DNA of 64,000 nt from Gammaproteobacteria bacterium. Lineage in GTDB: Bacteria > Pseudomonadota > Gammaproteobacteria > Pseudomonadales > Pseudohongiellaceae. The position numbers and the translations under genes were made by a program. Positions 55,628 through 64,000 of the stretch are shown here, in pieces (position 1 is the first letter of the stretch; each line of letters opens with the position of its first letter). The stretch spans positions 5,219 through 69,218 of the forward strand of contig JBJHCW010000008.1 in the NCBI GenBank assembly GCA_050486205.1, written 5' to 3'. Below the pieces are notes generated by a model. It was not told the DNA's origin, did no database searches, and saw only the letters and a list, made by a program, of their open reading frames with translations.

Positions 55628-58315
55628 TCAGGCGAAGACGTAGAGCTCGCCGGCGGCAATGGCGTCCAGACCGCCAACGTCTGTCATACCGGCCAGCTTG
55701 ATCAACACACCATCGTTGACACCATCTTCTCCGTAGATGTAGCTGTTACCTACATACTCGAAGACCACGGCTTCGTTGGCACCAGCCGCAGCGGCGGCGA
55801 TGTCCACTGCCTGCTCCAGTGTGGACGGACCTGCACCCAGGAAGGTCAACAAGCCGTCTTCGATTTGCCAAGTAGCACCATCCGTGCCGTCTCCGGCCAC
55901 ATCAACACCCGTGGCTTCGATGACATCGAACCCGGCCTGGGCAGTTTTGCCTTTGGCATCTGCCTGGCCAAGACCTTCAATCACTCGGTGTGCAGCAATG
56001 ACAGCAGCAGAACCGGTTGCCACAGACTGTGCACCTATAACGTCATCGCCAGAGCCCACTTTCAGTGTGCCAGTGGCAGCGATGTCATCCAGCTCAATGG
56101 TCAGTGCGCCCGTCATGGCGGATGCGTCAACAGATGCGAAGGCGTTGCCGCTTGAAGTAAGCGTCAGCGCCTGGGAACCGTCAACAGTCACTACCTTCGC
56201 ACCAGTACCACCTGTGTTGATGTCGGCCACGTTGCTGGCTTTGGCACCACCGGAAGTGATGTTGTACGTATTCGCCGCGTTAGCTGCTGTCAGATTGATG
56301 GTCTGAACATTGTCGGCAGCCACTGAGTTCGCATGCGTGTTATTGCTGTCAAACACCAGGTTCAAGGTTGTCGCGTTGGTGGCGTTCAGCGTTGCAGTGT
56401 TCGCATTGGCAGCTGCTGTAGCGCTGTCGGTATCCATGGTGATCGTAAGAGCACCGGCAGTCTTCTGTGTCAGGCTAAGCGTAGGACCTGCCATGTCACC
56501 TGTAATGCGGAAGCCTACACCGGCACCAACATTCTGCAACGTAGAGGCGCCAACCAATGCGGCAGAACCGATCAGTTCACCCACGGTATTGTTCTGGGCC
56601 AGGATGTCCATGTCCAGATTACCGTTCATGCCAGCGACATCAAAGCGCTGGAAGTTGCTGAACACACCCGCATTGGCTGAACCCACACCAGACAGACCCA
56701 GTGTGTTGGTACCACTGCCGCCGCTGATGGAGTCGCCTGCACGTACAACACCGCCGCCGAAGGCGAATGTGTCATTGCCAGCACCCAGATCAACATTCAA
56801 TGTACCAGTAGCACCACGAGCCACCAGGGTTACAGTGTCGTTGCCGGCACCTGTGTTGATGGTGGTCGCACCAGTGCTTGTTCCATTGACCGTTACAGTG
56901 TCATTACCGCCGCCGGACGTTACGTTGGTAGCACCCGCACCAGCGGTGTTGACAGTAATGGTGTTGTTGCCGGCACCCGCGTTCAGGTTGGCAGCAACAG
57001 TTGCTGTTGTGCCAGTGGAGATGGTCACCGTGTCATTGCCGGAACCCGTATTGATAGTGCGCAGGTTTGCAGCAGCAGTGGTCTGACCACCAAAGGTGAT
57101 CGCACCGGTGCTGTCACCCGCGTTCAGGGTATGCAGTGCAGCGCCTGTCAGCGTCAGCGTTGTTGCAACCGCTGTGTTGACGTTGGCAGCAGTCTGGGCT
57201 CCGCCTGTTTCTAGGTGGGCAGCCAGCGTAGCACCCGTTGCCATGCTACCGGAGATGTTGAGCGCATTGGTTGCAGCAACACCCTCGGCATTCAGGGTAT
57301 TCGCACCTGATACACCGCTCAGGGCTACATTGACTGTAGCGCCGGTACCGGTGACCGTGTTGTTCATTGCGGTTATGCCGTTAAAGCCGGCAGTCACAGA
57401 CGCACCGAGGCCAGAGACGTCACTCGCCCAGCCGAACTGCCAAACCTGCTGGGCACCCTCAAAACGGCTGGCTACAACAGTTGCGCCATCTGTGGTGAAA
57501 GGTGTGGTGCCATCCAGATTACGGATGTTGATGGTTTCTATGTTTTTGATGGTGGCGGAATTCGGCAGCGTTTCGTTGCGCTCGGTAGTACCATCAAACT
57601 CGCTATAGATGTTGAGAGTATCATTTCCAGCACCACCATCCAGCTGATCAAAAGCGGTCAGTGTCGATGCAGGGTCACCAGCAGCATTGATGGTCAACGC
57701 GTTGAACGTATCGTTACCGTCACCGCCCACAAACTCGTCCGGACCTGTTGTCAGGCGGAAAGTCTGTCCGGGAACGGATGTTGTACCGTCAGCCTTGGCC
57801 TTTCCGGCTGTAACACTGGCTTCAGTTTCGTCAACGTCGGCAATCACGTCCTGCAGGTCGGCCAGGCTGGCACCGTCTTTCTGCAGTGTGACGGAGAAGT
57901 ACTCGGCAACCTCTACACGATTGGCGAACGCCTGGGAAGCATCGCCCCAGTTCTCGTCGTCTGCCGGTACGTCGCGCAGCGCCTGGATAGCGGCAATGAT
58001 GACCTGGGCTTTTGTGGCACCGGCATTCATTTCAGCTGTCAGCGTGTCGATGGCCCACTGACGATCCTCTGCAGCGACCTTGCCGCCAACAACGTTATCA
58101 ACGAAGCGGGTAACAAACTCTTGATTGGTCAGGAAAGCAGGGTACTTGTTGGTAAAGATCGGGTTTTGTGTAAGGTTTTCGGTCAGCGACTCGAATGTAC
58201 CACCCGCCTGGAAGTACGCAGCCAGTTCAGCAAGATTTGTCTTGCCGGGCGCTGCGCCCCATACGGCAACCGACAGCGCGATGATATCGGTTCTATCTTG
58301 GACAGTGAAAGACAT
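55628..58315 (-). CDS. RTX-like, RsaA-type surface-layer / type I secretion substrate protein
   Basis: 895-aa Gly/Thr/Ala/Asn-rich ORF with no Cys and no signal peptide. It has seven GGxGNDT-type repeats (GGDGNDTFN, GGAGNDTLN, GSGNDTVT, GGGNDTVT, GAGNDTVT, GAGNDTFA) and a hydrophobic acidic C-terminus (..IKLAGMTDVGGLDAIAAGELYVFA). There is a strong RBS (GGAG, 6 nt) and a dedicated terminator. Confidence 0.7.
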   Translation of the reverse strand: MSFTVQDRTDIIALSVAVWGAAPGKTNLAELAAYFQAGGTFESLTENLTQNPIFTNKYPAFLTNQEFVTRFVDNVVGGKVAAEDRQWAIDTLTAEMNAGATKAQVIIAAIQALRDVPADDENWGDASQAFANRVEVAEYFSVTLQKDGASLADLQDVIADVDETEASVTAGKAKADGTTSVPGQTFRLTTGPDEFVGGDGNDTFNALTINAAGDPASTLTAFDQLDGGAGNDTLNIYSEFDGTTERNETLPNSATIKNIETINIRNLDGTTPFTTDGATVVASRFEGAQQVWQFGWASDVSGLGASVTAGFNGITAMNNTVTGTGATVNVALSGVSGANTLNAEGVAATNALNISGSMATGATLAAHLETGGAQTAANVNTAVATTLTLTGAALHTLNAGDSTGAITFGGQTTAAANLRTINTGSGNDTVTISTGTTATVAANLNAGAGNNTITVNTAGAGATNVTSGGGNDTVTVNGTSTGATTINTGAGNDTVTLVARGATGTLNVDLGAGNDTFAFGGGVVRAGDSISGGSGTNTLGLSGVGSANAGVFSNFQRFDVAGMNGNLDMDILAQNNTVGELIGSAALVGASTLQNVGAGVGFRITGDMAGPTLSLTQKTAGALTITMDTDSATAAANANTATLNATNATTLNLVFDSNNTHANSVAADNVQTINLTAANAANTYNITSGGAKASNVADINTGGTGAKVVTVDGSQALTLTSSGNAFASVDASAMTGALTIELDDIAATGTLKVGSGDDVIGAQSVATGSAAVIAAHRVIEGLGQADAKGKTAQAGFDVIEATGVDVAGDGTDGATWQIEDGLLTFLGAGPSTLEQAVDIAAAAAGANEAVVFEYVGNSYIYGEDGVNDGVLIKLAGMTDVGGLDAIAAGELYVFA

Positions 58316-58433
58316 GTAAAACTCCTTTAATTTTTAAGGTTTTGCTCTTTTCATTTCAGACAAGCAATTGCTGACTGATGAATACTATTTGCCACGATCG
58401 CCGGTAATACTACACCCGGCCTGATCCGGACGG

Positions 58434-58449
58434 TGTGATCACAGTCACA
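58434..58449. promoter_or_regulatory. perfect CRP-type box TGTGA-TCACAG-TCACA upstream of the S-layer-like gene
   Basis: Read directly. Both half-sites match the TGTGA-N6-TCACA consensus, 119-134 nt upstream of ATG 58315. Confidence 0.5.
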
Positions 58450-58624
58450 GGCACCCTGAAAGCAAAGGCTTTCGTGGATTTCCTTTCTACACGCCCTCAC
58501 CATCAGTGACTTCAGTTGCGGGCATAATTGCGCAGCAGATTGTACCTTCTGGCCTGCACTGATACAACCACATATTGAACGAGTTTAAGTATTATTCGCA
58601 AATCTTTGTTTATTAACAAATATT

Positions 58625-60013
58625 TTAAAAACTGTAGCGCATTCCCAGCTCGACGGCGGTATCATTGCTGCTGAAAAGAACAATATTGCTGCGCTGGCGT
58701 TGTCGGTAGAGGTTTATCAGCAGGATACCGCCCAGAACCGTGGGTTGACGGTACTGGAGCTGGACAAAACTGCGGCTCAGGGCACGACGCTGGCCGTTGG
58801 CCAGCAATTCGCTGTATATGTCCCGATCCTCGAGTCGGGTATGTCCGGCCTGGGCCGCCAGCACACCGGCCAGAACGGGTCGCTGCCAGTCCATGCGAGC
58901 CTGCCAGCCCACCCTGTCACCACCGGGGCGGCCACCTCGAACGGCAAAACTGTTCAGCAGGCCCAGCTCGGCTGTATAGACGGCCCCGGAACCCTCATTC
59001 CGGCAGTGCAAGCCGCCTGCATTGCGGGCCTCCACCGTATTCAGATTGCCGTTCCCCTGGTGGTAGTGCTGGTACTGCGCGGCGACCGTATAATACGGCG
59101 CGCAACTGTGCTCGTTCTCCACCTGGTACCGGGCGTTTGTTTCAAAAGCGCTGAACAGCGGGTTTCCACCCACGGCCAGGTGGGCCAGGGCGCCTCCCAG
59201 TTCCCAACTGTGATCACGCGCCGGGCGCAGCCAGGCGTATCTTGTATTGATCTGCGTAATGTCCGAACGCGTGTCCTCACTGATCCTGCCACTGATTTCG
59301 GCCAGAAAGTTATGACTGTGACCGGGGGCAAACTGCGTGAAATGACCAGCGAGCCTGACGTTGCCATAAGCGCCGCTGATCGGCAGGAACTCCGGGCTCA
59401 GTTCCAGATCCACAGGTTCCCCGGATAAGGTGAGGGTTATTCGATTGCTTAATGGTCCGCGGTTAAGATTGTTGTCAAAACCAGCCAGAAGGTCCAATTC
59501 GCCACCCAGTCGCCGGGTCATGCTCTGCCATTCCGCCTGACGGCGCCCCAGCATGATCTGCAATGCTTCAGGCAAATCCGGACGGGCCAGTACCTGGCGA
59601 TTCATGTCCAGTGCAGGGAACAGTTGCCCCTGCAGAAACAGCGCCTGTGCATAGTCAATCTGGGCAGCACCGTAATCCGGGTCAGTCAGCAGCGCACGCT
59701 CCAGTGACTCAATGGCTGCAGATACCTGCCCGCTGTTCAGCTGTGCCGCACCGTAAAGCGAAAAATACTCGGCACTGTCCAGACACAGGGGCATCAGCCG
59801 GGAAAGCTCGCGCTCCAGCACAAACCAGTTGGTCTGCTCATCGGGGTAATAGGCGCCAAGATCCGGGCAGGAAAGACGCTCATCAGCATGTCCGGCCAGG
59901 CTGCCCATCAGCAGGCTGGCACACAACACCCAGCCAGACCAAAGCAACAGTCCCGACCTGACAGGCCGGGACTGGCCGGAATCGGAGGTCGGCACGGGAT
60001 GCGATTTCAACAT
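58625..60013 (-). CDS. outer-membrane beta-barrel protein with N-terminal TPR region (Slam/DUF560-like)
   Basis: Signal peptide (..SLAGHA), two or more TPR-like repeats (AIESLERALLTDPDYGAAQIDYAQALF), a C-terminal half with alternating beta pattern, and terminal VELGMRYSF. ATG 60013 is preferred. Confidence 0.6.
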   Translation of the reverse strand: MLKSHPVPTSDSGQSRPVRSGLLLWSGWVLCASLLMGSLAGHADERLSCPDLGAYYPDEQTNWFVLERELSRLMPLCLDSAEYFSLYGAAQLNSGQVSAAIESLERALLTDPDYGAAQIDYAQALFLQGQLFPALDMNRQVLARPDLPEALQIMLGRRQAEWQSMTRRLGGELDLLAGFDNNLNRGPLSNRITLTLSGEPVDLELSPEFLPISGAYGNVRLAGHFTQFAPGHSHNFLAEISGRISEDTRSDITQINTRYAWLRPARDHSWELGGALAHLAVGGNPLFSAFETNARYQVENEHSCAPYYTVAAQYQHYHQGNGNLNTVEARNAGGLHCRNEGSGAVYTAELGLLNSFAVRGGRPGGDRVGWQARMDWQRPVLAGVLAAQAGHTRLEDRDIYSELLANGQRRALSRSFVQLQYRQPTVLGGILLINLYRQRQRSNIVLFSSNDTAVELGMRYSF

Positions 60014-60109
60014 GCGGGGATTATCAAGAATTGGCCTGCTCCGTGCAACTACGATTCCCTGAAACGTGACACCGTGCAAGCACACCTGTCTATCAGGCGC
60101 TCAGCCGTG

Positions 60110-62134
60110 TCAGGCTGCCGGCCCCTGAGAACGCCCGCCCACCAAAACCTTAAGGGCAGGGCTGCCGGTTCTGGTTTGATCGGGGCTGGTCGCATTGTCG
60201 GCAATGGCCAGCGAATACAGAGTCTGAGGCACTCTCAGACCGGGTAGCAGATAACGCCCCTGGGACTGCAGGCTCTGATCACCGGCAAGTCGGGCCGCGC
60301 CTTCACCCACCAATACTGGCAGGGCAAGCTCAGCGGTCATTTCCTGCACACGCAGGGCAATAGTCACAGTATCACCCAACAGGGCATGGCTGCGCCGCTG
60401 GGCCGGGCCTATGGAGCCCATCAGCACAGGCCCCTGTTCCACACCGATGCCAAGACCCAGTGGCTCCAGTCCTTCAGGCGCGCGGGCTGGCAGCAGATCA
60501 CGCTGCATGACAATCTGCATTTCCCGGGCAGCGTCCAGCGCCTGATGGACACCTGCGGAGTCGCCACTCCATACTGCCAGCAGACCATCACCCTTGAATT
60601 CATGGACGCGACCGTCATGACGCTCGATGATAGCTGTGGCCAACAGCAGAAAGCTGTGCAGCAACGTAGCAGATTCCTCTGGCGGTCGCGCCTCGGTGTA
60701 GGCAGAAAAATTACGCAGGTCAGCGCTCAAGAGTGTCACTTCCAGCCGACGGGCATTGATATCCGAGCTGGGCACACTGTAGGCGATCTCACGGGCGACG
60801 TCCGATGGCAGATAACTGTTCAGGTTGCTGTAAACACGATCATGCTCCATTCGAACGCGGCTGTGCTCCAGCAATAACAGCAGGGTACCGGCCAGCACAC
60901 TGAACAGGCTCGGCACCAGCCAACCCAGCCAGATATTTGCCGAACCAAGCAGCACAGCATGCAGCACCAGCATGGAAACCGGCAGCAGCACGGCTGCCAC
61001 GGGCAGGCCATACATGGCCAGACGCTGGCGGAAACTGGCCAGCACCAGCAGAACCACACCTGCTATACCGGCAAGCATCCACATCAACAGGGGTGCGCCG
61101 CGCGGGGTCCACGGCATGTCAGCATCCAGCAGGCTGCTGATAATACGTGCCTGCAGCTCGACACCAGGTGTGATGCCGCTGTGAGGTGTAGGCACGAAGT
61201 CACGCAGCCCGAAGGCCGTCGCGCCGATCAGCGTCCAGGTATTGTCCAGCATGGCCGGATCGAAATTGCCATCCAGCACGTCAGCCGCGGATATTGCCTG
61301 ATAGGCGTCTGGCAGGTTCCTGTAGGAGACTCTGATATTGCCGTTGGCATCCAGCGGAATTGAAAGACCCGGATAGGCGTCCAGCTCAAGCGTTGAGGCC
61401 GGTGCCAGCAGGGACACACCGGGCTGCACGCGTGCGTGCCACTCATTGCCATCCGGCTGCGCACGCACAGCCGTAAGCAAGGCGCTGATGGCAAGTGCCG
61501 GGTACGCCTCACCCTCCACGCAAATATAGGCGGGCACATGACGGACACCGCCATCGCTGGCAACAATGGGGGTGATATGACCCTTGGGCAGACCGGCAAA
61601 TCCGCTGTTATTGGCAAGATAATTGTGAGTCGCGGGCACACCGGCACAACTGACACCTGTCAACGCATGTGTCATGGTGCCAGCCTGTATGCTCTGGCGC
61701 GCACCGATCACCGGCACCTGAGCCAACACACCGTTACCGGCCGTCAGGGCCGCCATGAATTGCTGGTCCCCTTCACGTTGCTCAGGGAATACGACATCGT
61801 AAATCTGCAGCTGCGCGCCAGCATCGGTCAGGGCCGTGGAGAGTGCTGCCATGGTTTCTCGCGACCAGGGCCAGGGGCCAATGCGGGCCAGACTTCGCTC
61901 GTCAATGGCAATCAGGGTCAATCGCTGCTCGGGAATCGATTCTGCGCCCAGTTTCCAGGCTTCACTACCTACACGCTCCTCAAGCAAACGTAGCTGGCTT
62001 CCAAAAACCAGCAGCAGAACAACAGTCAGCAAAGCGGCCACCAGCAGCGTCACTAGCCGTGCCAACGCCGGTGAAAGACGCAAGGTCAACACCAGCGGGC
62101 CGGACAGACCGCGAGAGGCGGACGGCAGTTTCAT
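60110..62134 (-). CDS. CHASE2-domain sensor fused to class III adenylate/guanylate cyclase
   Basis: 674-aa ORF with an N-terminal TM, a roughly 300-aa periplasmic domain, three TM segments, and a cyclase core (VTLLSADLRNFSAY ... EFKGDGLLAVW ... LLGDTVTIALRVQ). Its ATG overlaps the FecR-like stop (ATGA 62131-62134). Confidence 0.82.
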   Translation of the reverse strand: MKLPSASRGLSGPLVLTLRLSPALARLVTLLVAALLTVVLLLVFGSQLRLLEERVGSEAWKLGAESIPEQRLTLIAIDERSLARIGPWPWSRETMAALSTALTDAGAQLQIYDVVFPEQREGDQQFMAALTAGNGVLAQVPVIGARQSIQAGTMTHALTGVSCAGVPATHNYLANNSGFAGLPKGHITPIVASDGGVRHVPAYICVEGEAYPALAISALLTAVRAQPDGNEWHARVQPGVSLLAPASTLELDAYPGLSIPLDANGNIRVSYRNLPDAYQAISAADVLDGNFDPAMLDNTWTLIGATAFGLRDFVPTPHSGITPGVELQARIISSLLDADMPWTPRGAPLLMWMLAGIAGVVLLVLASFRQRLAMYGLPVAAVLLPVSMLVLHAVLLGSANIWLGWLVPSLFSVLAGTLLLLLEHSRVRMEHDRVYSNLNSYLPSDVAREIAYSVPSSDINARRLEVTLLSADLRNFSAYTEARPPEESATLLHSFLLLATAIIERHDGRVHEFKGDGLLAVWSGDSAGVHQALDAAREMQIVMQRDLLPARAPEGLEPLGLGIGVEQGPVLMGSIGPAQRRSHALLGDTVTIALRVQEMTAELALPVLVGEGAARLAGDQSLQSQGRYLLPGLRVPQTLYSLAIADNATSPDQTRTGSPALKVLVGGRSQGPAA

Positions 62135-63570
62135 TGAGAAGCGCCCCAGAGAGTAATGCCCTGAATCAGGCCACTGCCGAGTTGTTGATCAAAGAAATAA
62201 CCGGCTTCCTTGCCATCCGTGCTGACCGCGCCAGCGATATTCTTGCCCGCACTTCGATTATGGAAGTACCCTCCTGAGAATATCCGCCCCGTAGACGTGA
62301 AATCGAAACGCCCGGTGGCTCTGGAGTCCAGGTTCAGGGTGGTGGCGAAGGTGTTCTGGTCAAAATTGATGCGCAGGTCGCCACCCCTGACGGTCATGGC
62401 CTCTACGGTGCTCGCTCCATGATGGAAGGCCTGGGCGGCATCCAGCGTAAAGCCCACTTCGCCGAGACCCGCATCTACCCTTGCACCATCAGGCTCCTGG
62501 CGGAAGAGTCCGAAATTGGAATTGCCTACAGTGACCTCGCGGCCAGCTCGTGCATCCGAGTAAGCCACTGATATTCCAGGCACCGCCGGTTGGTCACCCG
62601 ATGCCCAGCGGCCCCAGATCAGCTGCCGCTCCCGCAGCGCCTCGGGCGCCAGGGCTGACGCCGGGAGTTTTGGCTGACGGCGAGCCTTGTCAGAGGCAAG
62701 CGCACGTATGGAAACTTCACGCATGGTGACTGATTCCTGATAAAGGTCAGACACTGCATCCTTGGCAATGGCGGCCTCATCCCCTTCACGCAACTCGTCC
62801 AGCTCACTGTCAATCAGCTCATGGAGCTCCTGCTCGGGTCGGGGGCGAAAAACCGGCTCGAGCTGGCCGTGCGCCACCTCGACAATCTGCATCGAACTGC
62901 CCGCCAGTTCGACTCCGCCGCTCAGGCAGGGACCCAGCGCACCCGCGACACAGCCGTCCGAATAAGGCGCGACCACAATCGAGCCTTCATTGACAAGAGC
63001 CCGGACATTGCGCGGGCTGGCGCTGACCACAAAATCTGTGCCACGCACACCAATGGCGGCAATGGGAGTGTCCAGGCGGAATCTGTCACGGGCAGCGCGA
63101 CCGGCGTCACCTGAAATTGACCGGGCTACACCTTCCACCAGTCGAAACTTGACTACCGACTGTTCGGGGCGATCGGCATTGTAGGCGTAGTCGGTTATTT
63201 CCAGGCGGCTGTTGGGCCGAACGCTGACCAGTGCCTGGTCCACAAACCGGATATGGACATGACCGTTGGCCTCAGTGATGATCTGGTCGCTGGCATGGAC
63301 CTGAGATCCAACCTTTACGGGCTTGCGGGAGCTGTCAGCGGCCTGCAGCCAGGCCTTGCCCAACAGCAGGCTGACTTCACCGACGCTGCCATGACCTGAA
63401 ACACCATGACTTTCCTCGGCCACCACCGGATTGCCTGCCAGGAGCAGAACGGTCAGGACAGCAAGAAGTTGTGAAGCGATGCCTGCACGCTTGGCGACAG
63501 GCTTGCTGGAGCTACCGTAACTGTGCATGTTGATGCCCCGGGCAGAAGTGAAATTTTGACTGGACAGCAT
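62131..63570 (-). CDS. FecR-domain periplasmic protein
   Basis: Signal peptide and a FecR-type beta-rich segment (GKAWLQAADSSRKPVKVGSQVHASDQIITEANGHVHIRFVDQALVSVRPNSRLEI). The alternative start ATG 63528 is equally plausible. Confidence 0.72.
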   Translation of the reverse strand: MLSSQNFTSARGINMHSYGSSSKPVAKRAGIASQLLAVLTVLLLAGNPVVAEESHGVSGHGSVGEVSLLLGKAWLQAADSSRKPVKVGSQVHASDQIITEANGHVHIRFVDQALVSVRPNSRLEITDYAYNADRPEQSVVKFRLVEGVARSISGDAGRAARDRFRLDTPIAAIGVRGTDFVVSASPRNVRALVNEGSIVVAPYSDGCVAGALGPCLSGGVELAGSSMQIVEVAHGQLEPVFRPRPEQELHELIDSELDELREGDEAAIAKDAVSDLYQESVTMREVSIRALASDKARRQPKLPASALAPEALRERQLIWGRWASGDQPAVPGISVAYSDARAGREVTVGNSNFGLFRQEPDGARVDAGLGEVGFTLDAAQAFHHGASTVEAMTVRGGDLRINFDQNTFATTLNLDSRATGRFDFTSTGRIFSGGYFHNRSAGKNIAGAVSTDGKEAGYFFDQQLGSGLIQGITLWGASQ

Positions 63571-63592
63571 AACCAGACCGGCGTCATCAGCC

Positions 63593-63608
63593 AGTGATTG
63601 CGGTCACA
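63593..63608. promoter_or_regulatory. CRP-like box AGTGA-TTGCGG-TCACA in the cyclase-operon / crp-like divergent spacer
   Basis: 9 of 10 half-site positions match TGTGA-N6-TCACA. It is 23 nt (or 65 nt) upstream of the FecR-like start. Confidence 0.4.
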
Positions 63609-63651
63609 CGAAAATCAGATATGCTCAAGAAGCCCTTGAGCAGCTCCTTGA

Positions 63652-63679
63652 TTGATATTCTACTTCAAGACTCTATAAT
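63652..63679 (+). promoter_or_regulatory. sigma70 promoter of the Crp-family gene
   Basis: -35 TTGATA (63652-63657), 16-nt spacer, and perfect -10 TATAAT (63674-63679), about 57 nt before ATG 63736. Confidence 0.55.
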
Positions 63680-63735
63680 CAGTCAGCATCCATGGATCCA
63701 GCTCTCCGCATGCCACTCCCGGGAATATTAAGCAC

Positions 63736-64000
63736 ATGCAGGTCACACCGGAGCTACTGAGCGCCTTTCCTTGCCTGAAACCACTACCTCATGCGACCTT
63801 GCTCCAGCTGGCACGCCATTGCAGCGTACAGCGCTTCGCGCGCAGAGCGGTGGTTCTTAATGCGGGTGTAAGAGAAGGCCACATCTGCTTTCTTTTTGAA
63901 GGCCATCTGCAGGGCGTGGATTTCACCATCGACGGCCGGGAAGTGGGGCTGTACTTTGTTGAGCCGGGCGATTTCTGTGGCGAGCTGGGGATTTTTGACA
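63736..64000 (+). CDS. Crp/Fnr-family cyclic-nucleotide-binding regulator, 3' end outside window
   Basis: My own translation from ATG 63736 is MQVTPELLSAFPCLKPLPHATLLQLARHCSVQRFARRAVVLNAGVREGHICFLFEGHLQGVDFTIDGREVGLYFVEPGDFCGELGIFD. The GDFxGELGxF beta-roll motif is typical of cNMP-binding domains. The frame stays open to the window edge. Confidence 0.75.
   Translation, partial: MQVTPELLSAFPCLKPLPHATLLQLARHCSVQRFARRAVVLNAGVREGHICFLFEGHLQGVDFTIDGREVGLYFVEPGDFCGELGIFD

Noticed and set aside
55776-57608. Several Ala/Pro/Val/Ser-rich plus-strand ORFs opposite the S-layer-like gene
   Set aside because: They are reverse-complement reading of a Gly/Thr/Ala/Asn-rich repetitive gene. No start context or motifs are present.

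Overview
This is a 64-kb segment of a GC-rich gammaproteobacterial chromosome. Gene content and local synteny resemble Pseudomonas/Oceanospirillales-type core loci. I saw no rRNA, tRNA, CRISPR array, integrase or transposase. About 1-34 kb is housekeeping: rsgA, motAB, psd, ilvA, rpiA, a CspA-family gene, a D-2-hydroxyglutarate-dehydrogenase-like FAD oxidase divergent from serA, the tkt-epd-pgk-fba operon, a sahR-metK-ahcY-metF methyl-cycle operon, rsmE, a BBE-type FAD oxidase, glnK-amtB with sigma54/NtrC sites, ubiK, comM/yifB, a REC-GGDEF(GGNEF)-EAL protein, rep and two cytochromes c5. This core is interrupted by a hipBA module that sits behind a perfect (CAGATGT)x18 microsatellite and a 24 percent GC spacer. 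Four further 7/12/13-nt tandem arrays exactly fill other gene junctions. About 34-64 kb is an accessory cell-envelope region, nearly all on the minus strand. It holds vapBC, a YidC paralogue and a translationally coupled five-gene block: an LtaS/sulfatase-type transferase, a glutamine-kinase-like PEP-utilising enzyme fused to a degenerate cytidylyltransferase domain, a peptidase-C26 amidohydrolase, a LicC-type cytidylyltransferase and a TagF-like CDP-phosphotransferase. That block mirrors the Campylobacter Cj1418-Cj1417-Cj1416 cytidine-diphosphoramidate pathway but has no Cj1415-type kinase. The region also holds a secreted metzincin pair, then rmlA/C/D, an SDR and a GT2 interleaved with hicAB, relE/RHH and a TacA-type antitoxin next to a 41-codon GNAT-toxin stump. 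Further on are an RsaA-like RTX-type S-layer protein with a SapC gene, and a FecR / CHASE2 nucleotidyl cyclase / TPR beta-barrel operon divergent from a Crp-family gene. CRP-type boxes lie in front of both the cyclase operon and the S-layer gene. All functional calls come from motif recognition by eye; no database search was possible.
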